NCBI GenBank assembly: GCA_031362565.1 | Contig: JANLSU010000081.1 | Coordinates: 63,003-127,002 of the forward strand | DNA from: a bacterium | GTDB taxonomy: Bacteria > Krumholzibacteriota > Krumholzibacteriia > G020349025 | Reading direction: 5' to 3' | Length of the DNA: 64,000 nt | Position numbers and translations under genes: made by a program | The notes under the pieces: model-generated | What the model saw: only the letters and a program-made list of their open reading frames with translations | The model's database searches: none | Told to the model about the DNA's origin: nothing | Shown: positions 35,835 to 45,584 of the stretch, one piece after another | Position numbering within the stretch: the first letter of the stretch is position 1 | Layout of the letters: the number at the start of each line of letters is the position of its first letter

Positions 35835-37016
35835 ATGCCGAGCACATTGGCGAGTCTGGCGGCGAATCGTGCGCCCGCCCGGCAGCGACGGCCGCTGTCC
35901 GCCGTGCCGCGCGCGCTGTTCTGGGACGCGAACAACAGTTCATCGCTGCTCGCTGCGCAGGCGTTCCTGCGTCACGGCTGGCAAATCGATTGGCTCGGCA
36001 GCGCGGATTCTCCGTGGCGGCACTCCGGCGTCTGGACGACACGCACGATTGTCTCGGGACTCAAGGACCCCGGCCTCGAGCGCATCTTCAACACGCATCC
36101 GCTTGACGCGCTGCTCTTGCACGGCGACAACCAGGTCCGGTGGATTCTCAGCAATGGTTCGCGCCTGCCGGCGCGGGCGCAGGCGCATCTTCCGAGTGCC
36201 GAGTCGCTCGAAATCGGCCTGTCGAAACAGCGTTCGATGCACCTGGCTTCGACTCTCGGTATCCCGGTGCTCGACACTGTGCTCTGCCGGTCGCGCGACG
36301 AGGTACCGGCGGCCGCGGCGCGCGTCGGCGCCGGGCGCCGCATCGTCCTGAAGGGCGAGGGCGGTGCTGCCGGCGATACGTTGGTGGGCCTCGCGGCGGG
36401 CGCCGTGCCGACGCTCGCGCAGTGGCGAGGCGTGGCCGCGCACGCACCGATCGTCATGCTGCAGAAGCGCATCACCGGTCCGCGCTACCTCGTCACGGTC
36501 GCATACGAGCGTGGGGTTGAACGCGCCGCCTGCGTGCACGAGAAAAGCATCGCCTACCCGAGCGATTTCGGTCCTTGCGCCTTTGGCGTCACGCGACGAT
36601 TGGACACACTGCACGACTACGCGGCGCGGCTCTTCGGGGCATTGCAGTGGCACGGCATCGCCGACGTCGAATTCCGGCAGGACGCCGAAGATGGACACTG
36701 GTACTTCATGGAGATCAACCCGCGCGTGTGTGCGACGCTGGGAATCCAAGAACGTGCTGGACTCGATCTCGTCGGCGCGTGGGTCGCGGTCTGCGAGGGG
36801 CGCGGCGCGGACGACGCACCTGGGCGCGACTATCGCGACGGTGTGACGTACGCCTGGGCGACGCGTGCACTCGCACGTTGGATGCGCGCGCCGTGGACGG
36901 TGCGCCCTTGGCAGATACGATGCCTGCTGTCGGCCAACTCCGACCTGCACCTCATGGAGCCTGCACTGCAGGCGAATGCGCTCCGCACGGCACTCTGGAT
37001 GGCGCGTCATGCTTGA
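35835..37016 (+). CDS. ATP-grasp domain protein (carboxylate-amine ligase-like), paralog 1
   Basis: LSK...LGIPV, IVLKGEGG, QKRITG, ADVEFRQD...YFMEINPR. Confidence 0.85.
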   Translation: MPSTLASLAANRAPARQRRPLSAVPRALFWDANNSSSLLAAQAFLRHGWQIDWLGSADSPWRHSGVWTTRTIVSGLKDPGLERIFNTHPLDALLLHGDNQVRWILSNGSRLPARAQAHLPSAESLEIGLSKQRSMHLASTLGIPVLDTVLCRSRDEVPAAAARVGAGRRIVLKGEGGAAGDTLVGLAAGAVPTLAQWRGVAAHAPIVMLQKRITGPRYLVTVAYERGVERAACVHEKSIAYPSDFGPCAFGVTRRLDTLHDYAARLFGALQWHGIADVEFRQDAEDGHWYFMEINPRVCATLGIQERAGLDLVGAWVAVCEGRGADDAPGRDYRDGVTYAWATRALARWMRAPWTVRPWQIRCLLSANSDLHLMEPALQANALRTALWMARHA

Positions 37017-38196
37017 GAGCCTGACCCTCGAGACCGCAGCACCGGCCCGTCGAGACGCGGCCGTGGGCGAGGCTCTCGTCTGGGATTCGACGAATACATC
37101 GGCCGTCGTCATCGCCCGCGGCTTGCGGCGGCTCGGATGGCGCGTGCACTGGCTTGGGACCCCCGTGTCGCCGTGGCGGAACTGCTCCGCTTTCAATGGT
37201 GAGCACTTCCTCGTACAAGGTCTCAACGACGAGAGATTGGCGACGGTGTTCGCGGCGCGCGAGTTCGACGCCGTGTTCCTGCACGGCGACGACCAGGTGC
37301 GCTGGATTCTGGAGCACTGGAACGCCGTACCGGAGCGGGTGCGTGCCGGACTCAGTGCCCCGGACGCGCTGCGAACTGCGCTCTCGAAGGAGCAGACGGC
37401 AAAGCTCGCCACGAGCCTCGGAGTCCCCGTCCTGCCCACGCTGCGCTGTAGCTCACCGGCGGAAGTCGCGGCGGCGGCGCAAACGCTGGCGCCGAACGGC
37501 GGTCAGATCGTGCTCAAGGGCGAAGGCGGCGCAGCAGGGTGCACCGTCGGGGCGGTCACTGCCGGCCGGGCACCGGATCATGACACGTGGGCACGCGTGA
37601 CGCGTTTTTCGCCAGTCGCACTCGTGCAGCGCCGCATCGCCGGGCCGCGGGTATTCGCGAGCGTGGTGTACGAGCACGGCGTCGAGCGCGCTGCATGCAT
37701 CCACGAGAAGATTGCCACTTTTCCATATGACTTTGGCCCCACGGCATTCGGGGTCACACGCCACGTCGACGCGGTGCATGACGATCTGCAGCGCATGTTC
37801 GGCGCCCTGCGCTGGCATGGCATCGCCAACGCCGAGTTCCGCCAAGACTCGAGCGACGGCCGCTGGTATTTCATGGAAATCAATCCGCGCGTCAACGCGA
37901 GCGCCGGCATTCAAGAAGCGGCGGGAATGGATATCGCGGCCACCTGGGCCGCCGTGTGCCACGGGGTGCGGCCGGCGCGGTGGCCGGGCCGCGAGTATCG
38001 TGACGGCGTGCGCTTCGCTTGGGGAGTGCGCGGCATCGCTCTCGCACTGCAAAGACCGTGGAGCGTTCCGGCATGGGGCCTGCGGAGCATGCTGGATGGC
38101 GGTTCAGATCTCGCCTATCTCGATCCGGCGCTGCGCTGGCGCGCGGCGCGTCTCGGACTATGGATGGCCCGTCAGAACCGATTCCGCCGGCACTGA
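37009..38196 (+). CDS. ATP-grasp domain protein, paralog 2
   Basis: Colinear with paralog 1 (LHGDDQVRWIL, IVLKGEGGAAG, ERAACIHEK, WYFMEINPRV); start overlaps the paralog 1 stop. Confidence 0.85.
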   Translation: MLESLTLETAAPARRDAAVGEALVWDSTNTSAVVIARGLRRLGWRVHWLGTPVSPWRNCSAFNGEHFLVQGLNDERLATVFAAREFDAVFLHGDDQVRWILEHWNAVPERVRAGLSAPDALRTALSKEQTAKLATSLGVPVLPTLRCSSPAEVAAAAQTLAPNGGQIVLKGEGGAAGCTVGAVTAGRAPDHDTWARVTRFSPVALVQRRIAGPRVFASVVYEHGVERAACIHEKIATFPYDFGPTAFGVTRHVDAVHDDLQRMFGALRWHGIANAEFRQDSSDGRWYFMEINPRVNASAGIQEAAGMDIAATWAAVCHGVRPARWPGREYRDGVRFAWGVRGIALALQRPWSVPAWGLRSMLDGGSDLAYLDPALRWRAARLGLWMARQNRFRRH

Positions 38197-39447
38197 ATGC
38201 TCGTCAAGCACCGGCAGCGCCGCCGCGGTCGTTGCCGGGGCCGTCGTAGATGCGCCGCGCTGCTTCGCGTACGCCGACAGTGTCTTCGGCGCCTCGCAAT
38301 CAAAACCAAGTCCCACGAGACGCATCGCATCACGATGTTCCAGGTGACGCCCAAGGCACGTCGCGAGCAGCCCATAGCCGTCGGTCACTTGCGGACTCTC
38401 CAGATCCCACATGTCGTTGGCCTCGACGAACACCGGCCCTGCCGGCGTGAAACCCAAGTCCCAGCCGAGGCAAGCGTTCATCGGCACGGCGCGCGCCGCG
38501 CGCCGCACGAGATCCACTGCATGATCCCACCCGGGAACGATCGTCCCCTCGATGGGCAAGCCGCTCGCGGGATGAGCCACGGTAGTACGAACAACGCCCG
38601 AAATCTTTTGCAGTCCGCTTCCCAGCCGCCCCGTCGCAGGGTCGATACGCGCCGCGATGTTCCCTTGACTGAAGTTGTCGACCGCGCTCATCCCCGTGCC
38701 GATGCGTAACACAGCACCGACGATCTCGACCTGACCGCGTTCATCCATCACCGTCACGATGCGCGCCGTGTGCAGGACACCCGGAGCGAAACGCGCCAGG
38801 GTCGGGTGCGGGCGCAAGCGCCGTTCAATGAGGTATCCCGCCGGCGTCATGCCGGCGTTCAAGCGCGCGGCAAGGGATTCAGCGCTAATCCGCTCCTCGC
38901 CCACGCCGCGCCAAGTGGCCGTGCCCAGACGCTCACCGAGCGCCACCAGACCTCGCCCACGGTTGCCGCGCGTCAGCTTGAAGACGACTTCTTCGATGCG
39001 TTCGCTCTCGAGCCACTGGAAGAGTTCGGCGACGCAGGTGAGCGGCTGCCCCGTCTCCGCCCGCCCGGCGGGACCGAAGTGACCGAGAAGCGGCGCGACC
39101 GGGAGCCCGGCCTGCGCCAGGAAGCGCGAGAAAACCAGTTTGTCCTGGGTCAGCGACCGGTAGGAGTACGGGTTGAACGCTTGGATCCATCGCCAATGGT
39201 CCATGACGCCCAAGTACTCGCACTTGGCGTCCCAGGGGACAGCGCGTGAGTCCAGACCATACTTGTAGTAATCCGTCGCGGTGATTCCTCGCCGTGCGAG
39301 GAGGACACACTGTTCCGCAATGCGGCGCGCAAGCGCTGCTTGACCGCCGTGGCGGAGGTGGATCGGGACCCCGGCCAACATCTCGGCCGCATATCGAGCC
39401 CAATTTCCACAGGCGCGCAGTTGTCGCATTTCCAGAGCCTTTTGCAT
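38158..39447 (-). CDS. Sugar-transfer-associated ATP-grasp domain protein (ATPgrasp_ST-like)
   Basis: QDKLVF, VFKLTRGNRGRG, LIERRLRPHP, LHTARIVT, VDNFSQG, GWDLGFTPAGPVFVEAN. Start 39447 or 39429. Confidence 0.8.
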   Translation of the reverse strand: MQKALEMRQLRACGNWARYAAEMLAGVPIHLRHGGQAALARRIAEQCVLLARRGITATDYYKYGLDSRAVPWDAKCEYLGVMDHWRWIQAFNPYSYRSLTQDKLVFSRFLAQAGLPVAPLLGHFGPAGRAETGQPLTCVAELFQWLESERIEEVVFKLTRGNRGRGLVALGERLGTATWRGVGEERISAESLAARLNAGMTPAGYLIERRLRPHPTLARFAPGVLHTARIVTVMDERGQVEIVGAVLRIGTGMSAVDNFSQGNIAARIDPATGRLGSGLQKISGVVRTTVAHPASGLPIEGTIVPGWDHAVDLVRRAARAVPMNACLGWDLGFTPAGPVFVEANDMWDLESPQVTDGYGLLATCLGRHLEHRDAMRLVGLGFDCEAPKTLSAYAKQRGASTTAPATTAAALPVLDEHSVPAESVLTGHP

Positions 39448-39491
39448 GCAATCCAGCTCATCGCCACCAGCACCATTCGTACCGCGTGATG

Positions 39492-41027
39492 TCAGGAGAG
39501 GGCGAGCGCCGCCGGCCGCAGCTCGGCGTCGATGTCGCGGCCCATGCGCGACGAGATCTCGACAACCGCCTGGACGTCCGCATTCCGCGTGTTGAAGTTC
39601 ACGATGCAGGCGCGCAGCACGTAACGGCCGCGAATCACCGCATTCGAGACGAAGGCTTCGCCACCCACCTGCATGCGGGCAAGCACTTCCCTGTTGAGTG
39701 TATCGAGGTACTCGTCGACCGCCGCTTCGCCGATGCGGCCGCGCAGATCGGGCGGCACACAGCGGTAGGTCGTAATGCTCAAGCTGCAGGTCATGAATTC
39801 GAGGTCCGGCGTGCGGCGAACCGCTGTGGCCATCGATTCTGCAAGGGCGATGTCGTCGGCGATCATGCGCCGGTAGCCGGCAGCGCCGGCCTGCCGGAGT
39901 GCCAGCCACACTTTGAGGGCCCGGAAGCCGCGCGAATTCTGCGGGCTGAAGTCGACGTAGTTCAGCGCGCTCTCGCCAAAGTGGTAGTAGGGCGGATGGT
40001 ACGAGAACGCTTTGCGCATCAACTCGACATCCCGCACCAACGCGCAACCGGCTTCGAGCGGCGCGTACAGCCACTTGTGCGGGTCGACGGCGACCGAATC
40101 GGCGTCACTCAAGGCGCGTAGGTCGGCTGGAACACCATCCACCGCGGCCGCGAATCCGCCGTAAGCGCCATCGACGTGGAACCAGAGCCGCTCTTTCTTG
40201 CATAACGCGGCGATGGCCGCGAGCGGATCGATCGCGCCCGTACTCACGGAACCCGCGGTGCCCACCACCATGAACGGCAGGTCGCCGGCGGCGCGGTCGG
40301 CGGTGATTTGCCGTTCGAGCTGCGCCACGTCCATACGCAGGTCGTCGCCGGTCGGGATGAACCGAATCGTGTCGGTCCCCAGCCCCGCGAGGTCGGCCGC
40401 TTTGTGAATCCAGGTATGCGTTTCCGCCGATGCGTAGGCCCGCAACGTCCGGCCGCCTGCCAACCCCTTGGCGCGCACATCCCAGTCGGCCATCGCCGCT
40501 CGGGCCGCCCAAAGGCCAACCATGTTCGCCATGTTGCCGCCACTCACGAGCACGCCGCCGCAATCGGCCGGGTAGCCGATCAACTCGGCGATCCAGCGCG
40601 CCGTTTGCGATTCGATTTCGCTCGCAGCCGGCGACAGGATCCACGCGCCGCAGTTCGGGTTCACAGCTGCTGCGAGCAGATCCGCGAGCATGCCGATCGG
40701 CGCCGGCGATGACGTGATGTAACCCAGAAATCGCGGGTGGCCGTTGAACAATGAATGGTCGAACAGGAGGCGCGCGGTTTCTGCGAGCAGCGGCCCCGGC
40801 GCGAGCCCGTGTTCAGGCAGCGGGCCATTGAGGTCCAGCGCGGCGCGCACCGCGGCGGGCGATTCGCCTGGGGTCACGGGCCGCGATGGCACCGAAGCCA
40901 ACAGTTCGGCGAGTTGGTCGACGCGCCCGTGCCCAGCGGCGCGAAACGCGGCGGGATCCATTCGGAGCGGCACATCGCGGGTCGTTGCATCAGGCGTCGA
41001 ATTCGGCGTCGTTGGATTCAGTGTCAC
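39492..41027 (-). CDS. Group II PLP-dependent amino acid decarboxylase
   Basis: HPRFLGYI, SGGNMAN, GTAGSVSTGAID, HVDGAYGG, DPHKWL (PLP Lys), SRGFRALKVW. Confidence 0.93.
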   Translation of the reverse strand: MTLNPTTPNSTPDATTRDVPLRMDPAAFRAAGHGRVDQLAELLASVPSRPVTPGESPAAVRAALDLNGPLPEHGLAPGPLLAETARLLFDHSLFNGHPRFLGYITSSPAPIGMLADLLAAAVNPNCGAWILSPAASEIESQTARWIAELIGYPADCGGVLVSGGNMANMVGLWAARAAMADWDVRAKGLAGGRTLRAYASAETHTWIHKAADLAGLGTDTIRFIPTGDDLRMDVAQLERQITADRAAGDLPFMVVGTAGSVSTGAIDPLAAIAALCKKERLWFHVDGAYGGFAAAVDGVPADLRALSDADSVAVDPHKWLYAPLEAGCALVRDVELMRKAFSYHPPYYHFGESALNYVDFSPQNSRGFRALKVWLALRQAGAAGYRRMIADDIALAESMATAVRRTPDLEFMTCSLSITTYRCVPPDLRGRIGEAAVDEYLDTLNREVLARMQVGGEAFVSNAVIRGRYVLRACIVNFNTRNADVQAVVEISSRMGRDIDAELRPAALALS

Positions 41028-41057
41028 ACCTTCAGGAGAGGGGCGCTCCGCGCGCGC

Positions 41058-44000
41058 TTACGGACGCACGACCACTGCTTTGCGGGTGGCGACGAATTCA
41101 TCGGCCCGCAGGCGCACCAAGTACACGCCGCGCCGCACGAGGGCGCCGGTCGCGTCGCGCCGGTCCCAACTGACGGCATAAAGTCCCGCTCCCCGCGTGC
41201 CTTGCTCGAGGCTGCGGATGCGGCGCCCGGCCACGTCGAAGATCTCCAAACGCAAATCACGCGCACCGCGCTCCAATGCGTACTCGATGCGGACGACCGT
41301 GCCATCCTGCCACGGTTCGCCGAGGAAAGTGTGCAAGACAGCCGCGGGCGCCGGCGGCATGTCCGGCACGTCGGTCGGCACGAGCGTCACGACGGTGTAG
41401 ACGAAAACGCGCCCGTCCGGCGGGTACGTGCTCGCACCGACCAACACGTCACGGTGCCCATCTCCGGTCACATCCCGATCCGCTGCCACGGCCGCACCGA
41501 AACGGGTTCCGGGGGTTCCCAGCAGCACGGCGGCCGGAAGGTCGTCGGCATTTGAACCTCCAGCGAAAATCAGCACCCGCAATGCTGCACCGCCGACGGG
41601 GTTCAGCGTCCCCACTGCCAGATCCGCGTCGCCATCGCCATCGAGGTCGCCGGCCGACAGACTGGCGCCCAGTTGCTCACCCGCCGACGGCGAGTCGTAC
41701 ACCCAGTCGGCCGTCACATTCAACACGCCTGGACCGCCGCGAAACACGCTGACGCGACCGCCGATGCCGCGCCCCGGCGCGCCAACAATAACGTCGGACC
41801 AGCCGTCACCGTCGAAGTCGGCGGCGGTGATCGCATCCCCGAACCGGCCGCCATCGCCGTTCAGTACCAAGTCCGGCGAGCCGTCCACCGACGGGCCCCC
41901 GAAGTACACGTACACGGCGCCAAAATCGGTGCCGCCGACATCATTGTCCGGCGCCCCGACAAGGAAGTCTTGGTATCCGTCGCCGTTCAAGTCGCCGCCA
42001 CGCGCCGCACGCGTGCCGAATCTCTCGCCGGGAGACTGCGCCACCAGGAAGCGGTCGGGATTCGTGTCGAAGGCCGGACCGCCAAAGTACAAGAACCCAA
42101 GTCCATTGAATGCGCCGGGGATGCCGATGAGCAGGTCGTCGTACCCGTCGGCATTGACATCACCGACGCCGGCCAGCCCCTCACCCATGTGACCGCCGGG
42201 ACTTGAACCGGTGAAAACGCGGTCCGCGAAAACGTCGAGATTAGGGCCACCCAGGTACGCGTACAGCCTTCCCCCATCCAGCGCGCCCATGTCCGCGAGC
42301 GGGGCGGCCACCACGAAATCACCGTAGCCATCACGATTCAGGTCGCCGGCGGCGAGTGCCACGCCAAAGCCGTCGCCGGAGACTTCACCCCCGATCCCCA
42401 ATTCCGGCGAACCACCGAGCGCCGTACCGCCGAACTCCAAATGCAGCCGGCCCACGCCGGGCGGGCTGATCGATTGTGCACCCGCGACCAGGTCGGCGAT
42501 TCCATCGCCGCTCAAATCCGCAGTTGTAGCCAGCGGCTCGCCGAATTTGGTTTCGAAGGCAGCCGCTTCAATGAAAAATTCCGGCGGTGAGATGGTGCCC
42601 GCGGTCGCCCGCGCCGTGCACGAGAACACCTGGTGGCAGGTGGCATCTTCTGCTACGAACATGATCGTGCTGATTTGGAACTGACCCACCGGCAATGTTG
42701 GCGCCGTGAGACTAAAGCCAACGAACGCAATTTGCCCACTGGGCACCGTGATGTTCTGCGCCACAGGCGTTCCCCAGCCGCGCGAGTCTTGGATGGTGTA
42801 GGCGAACGTTTGCGCCGACAGCGACGTGTTGAGAAGCTGGAACGTCGTCGGGCGTGCGACGCCGCTCGGCGCCAAAAAGTCGGCGGGACAAGTGACCCCG
42901 GCCGTCACCATCGCCGGGAGGACGCGCGAGACGCAGGCGATCTGGCTCAGCGGACAGCCGGTGATCGCCACTTGAAACCGCACCGAGTCGATCTGCGTGA
43001 AGCAGAGCGGCGGGACTTGGAGAGTGATCACCGCGCTTGCCGTTTGGCCCGGCGCCACCGTCTGCGTGCCGGTGACCGGCGCACCCCAGCCACGCGTGTC
43101 GTTGAGTGAGTATTCGTACGTGCGTGCGAACAAGCCCTCATTGGTCCAACGGGCGCGGCGCTGCACCGTGACGTTGTCGCCGACGGTGGTATCCGCCGGG
43201 CATTGCAACACCGCGGCATGAAACGGCACGACCACGTGCGACGTGCATTGGAACTCACGAGCCGGACACGCCGTACTCGTGACATGCAGGGTAACTGCAT
43301 CGTCTTGCGCTACGCACACCAGGGCCGGCGTCGTGAGTGCGTAATCGACGGTGTGTGTTTGCCCAACGCCCAAATTCACGCTGCCCGACTGCGGCGCACC
43401 CCAGCCGAAGGCGTCGCCGGCGGAATAGTTGTACGTCAGCGAGGTCGTCGACGAGTTCGTGAAGTGGAGCAGGCGGTGGACACTTTGGCCGGCGTCGACC
43501 GTCGTGTCGACGGCACACGCAACCGTCACCGCGGAGACCGCCGTGACCGAAAGGGTCTTCGACACTTGAACCCAAGCGCTGGGCGCCGCGCATTGGTCGC
43601 GGACGCGGGCGATCATCGTCAGCACATCGCCGCACTGCGCACCGACCGGCAACGGGCAGACCCGAGTCATGCAGAATACGCCGCCCGGGACCAGCGTCAC
43701 GGTGCTCGATCCAGTGGGGCAACCGTTGGCCCAGCCCGACGTTTCGTAAACGTAGTTGCGCGTCGCCTGAGTCACATTCTGGAAGCAGAACTGCAACTGG
43801 GCCTGTTCCCCCGGCTCAGGGAGCGTGTCCAGCAGCGCGCACGTGGTGATGACCGGCGGAGCCACTGTCCGCAGAACCGTCACTTGTTTCGTCAGTGCCG
43901 GGCTAGCGCACCCCGGCGGGATCAACGAGATGGTCACCGTGCTGCCGGCCGCACATGAAGCGCCGCTCGCAGTCACCGGCAGGTCGAAACACGCCGAGTC

Positions 44001-45422
44001 GCCCGACGCAATCGTCGGACTGGCGTCGAAGGGGCTCACCCAGCCCTGATCGTCGGCGATGTGCACGTTGTACACCAAGGCCGTGAACTCGTCGTTGTGC
44101 ACACACAGGTGCAGATTCACTGTCGCGCCGGCCGCGACCGTCAACTGCGCGGGCGCGGTGATGCGGATGCGATCCGGCCGCTCCAAGTACGCGCGCCCGA
44201 CACCACCTTGCAGCGGCGCGCCCACCAAAAGCTCCGCGGTTCCGTTGCCATCGGTATCCGGCCCAACGGCGCCGGCGGAGGCAAAGCCATCGAGAGGCAC
44301 CTCCGCCGTCCAAATCTGTTCCGGCACGTCGTCGACGGCCGGCCCACCCTCATAGATGCGTACCTCGCGCCCCGATACACCAACGACGAAATCCCCGAGC
44401 CCGTCGCCGGAGAGGTCGCTACCCGCGGCCACGAAGCGGCCGAAATTTGTCGTCAGTCCGCCCAGGAACAAATCGGCGAATTCGTCGCTCGACGGCCCGC
44501 CGTAAAAGACGTACGCCGTGCCGCCAGTGCCGCCGAAAGTGGGAGCTCCCGCGACGAGGTCGGGCTGCGCATCGCCGTTCACGTCGCCGACCGCGAGCGC
44601 TTCGCCGAAACCAGTTCCCACGCCGCCCGCGATCAGAACCCGGTCCGCGAGTGCGTCGAACCCAGCGCCGCCCCAGAACAGCTTCGTGCGTGCGCCCGCC
44701 CCGCTGCCGGGGGCGCCGGCGGCCAAATCCGCGACCCCATCGCCATTGAGGTCACCGAGCGCGACCGCCGCGCCCAACTGTTCGCCAAACGCACCGTTAG
44801 CCGTCAGACTCGGAATCGTCGGCGGAGGCGCGGCGCCAAAGTAGACGAACACCTTACCTTCAAGCCCGCTGGGCGAAGCTCGCGGCGCACCGACCACCAG
44901 GTCTGCGCCGCCATCCTGATTCAAGTCCGCTCCGCCCCCCAAGGCGGTGCCGAAGCGCCCGCCAGGCACTGGACCATTGAGGATGACATCCGCCACCGCG
45001 TCGAATGCCGGACCTCCAAAATAGATGTACACGCGGCCGGCGTCGGTGCCTGCGAGGTCGTCGAAGGGTGCGCCCACGGCCAGGTCGCGGAATCCATCGC
45101 GGTTCCAGTCGCCGATCGAGGCCACCGCCGCGCCGAAGCGATCGCCCGGGGCAACGCCCACGAGCGTGAAGTCGGGAGTCACATTGCGCGGCGCACCGCC
45201 GCGGTATACGTAGACCCGGCCCGCCCCCGTGGTGGTGGTCTGCGACGCTACGGCCCAATCGCCGAATCCGTCCGCATCGATATCGCCGGCGAGAACGCAC
45301 GCATTACCGAAGCTCTGTGCAACGGAGGGAGCGAACAGAATACTCGAACACGCGGTGTGGGCCGCCGGTGCGGCGGCGACAAGCAGCACGGCGCTGGAGA
45401 GCACCAATCGAGTGGCACGCAT
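41058..45422 (-). CDS. Large secreted FG-GAP repeat protein: two propellers, central Cys-containing Ig-like repeats, C-terminal FlgD-Ig-like domain
   Basis: Many FG/LG...GD[LVIW]NxDG..D..VGAP...G.VYVY.G repeats in two blocks; C-terminal IFDVAGRRIR...WD...G...GVY. Confidence 0.9.
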   Translation of the reverse strand: MRATRLVLSSAVLLVAAAPAAHTACSSILFAPSVAQSFGNACVLAGDIDADGFGDWAVASQTTTTGAGRVYVYRGGAPRNVTPDFTLVGVAPGDRFGAAVASIGDWNRDGFRDLAVGAPFDDLAGTDAGRVYIYFGGPAFDAVADVILNGPVPGGRFGTALGGGADLNQDGGADLVVGAPRASPSGLEGKVFVYFGAAPPPTIPSLTANGAFGEQLGAAVALGDLNGDGVADLAAGAPGSGAGARTKLFWGGAGFDALADRVLIAGGVGTGFGEALAVGDVNGDAQPDLVAGAPTFGGTGGTAYVFYGGPSSDEFADLFLGGLTTNFGRFVAAGSDLSGDGLGDFVVGVSGREVRIYEGGPAVDDVPEQIWTAEVPLDGFASAGAVGPDTDGNGTAELLVGAPLQGGVGRAYLERPDRIRITAPAQLTVAAGATVNLHLCVHNDEFTALVYNVHIADDQGWVSPFDASPTIASGDSACFDLPVTASGASCAAGSTVTISLIPPGCASPALTKQVTVLRTVAPPVITTCALLDTLPEPGEQAQLQFCFQNVTQATRNYVYETSGWANGCPTGSSTVTLVPGGVFCMTRVCPLPVGAQCGDVLTMIARVRDQCAAPSAWVQVSKTLSVTAVSAVTVACAVDTTVDAGQSVHRLLHFTNSSTTSLTYNYSAGDAFGWGAPQSGSVNLGVGQTHTVDYALTTPALVCVAQDDAVTLHVTSTACPAREFQCTSHVVVPFHAAVLQCPADTTVGDNVTVQRRARWTNEGLFARTYEYSLNDTRGWGAPVTGTQTVAPGQTASAVITLQVPPLCFTQIDSVRFQVAITGCPLSQIACVSRVLPAMVTAGVTCPADFLAPSGVARPTTFQLLNTSLSAQTFAYTIQDSRGWGTPVAQNITVPSGQIAFVGFSLTAPTLPVGQFQISTIMFVAEDATCHQVFSCTARATAGTISPPEFFIEAAAFETKFGEPLATTADLSGDGIADLVAGAQSISPPGVGRLHLEFGGTALGGSPELGIGGEVSGDGFGVALAAGDLNRDGYGDFVVAAPLADMGALDGGRLYAYLGGPNLDVFADRVFTGSSPGGHMGEGLAGVGDVNADGYDDLLIGIPGAFNGLGFLYFGGPAFDTNPDRFLVAQSPGERFGTRAARGGDLNGDGYQDFLVGAPDNDVGGTDFGAVYVYFGGPSVDGSPDLVLNGDGGRFGDAITAADFDGDGWSDVIVGAPGRGIGGRVSVFRGGPGVLNVTADWVYDSPSAGEQLGASLSAGDLDGDGDADLAVGTLNPVGGAALRVLIFAGGSNADDLPAAVLLGTPGTRFGAAVAADRDVTGDGHRDVLVGASTYPPDGRVFVYTVVTLVPTDVPDMPPAPAAVLHTFLGEPWQDGTVVRIEYALERGARDLRLEIFDVAGRRIRSLEQGTRGAGLYAVSWDRRDATGALVRRGVYLVRLRADEFVATRKAVVVRP

Positions 45423-45584
45423 TGTTGCCGTCCCCTGGAAGGTGCGGATGAGGATACTGCGGGACGGCGGTGGCGGCAAGCTTCACGGTAGTCACCGCAC
45501 CCCCCATCATCGAGAGTAAGATGCCAGCGTCCTGGGTTGGCCTCGCCCCCCCGGACTCTTGAGAAGCGAACCAAGGAGACTGCG

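Noticed and set aside
35835..39447. Graspetide (RiPP) interpretation of the ATP-grasp genes
   Set aside because: No short precursor ORF with repeated core motifs was seen nearby, and the motifs fit carboxylate-amine ligase and sugar-transfer-associated families better.
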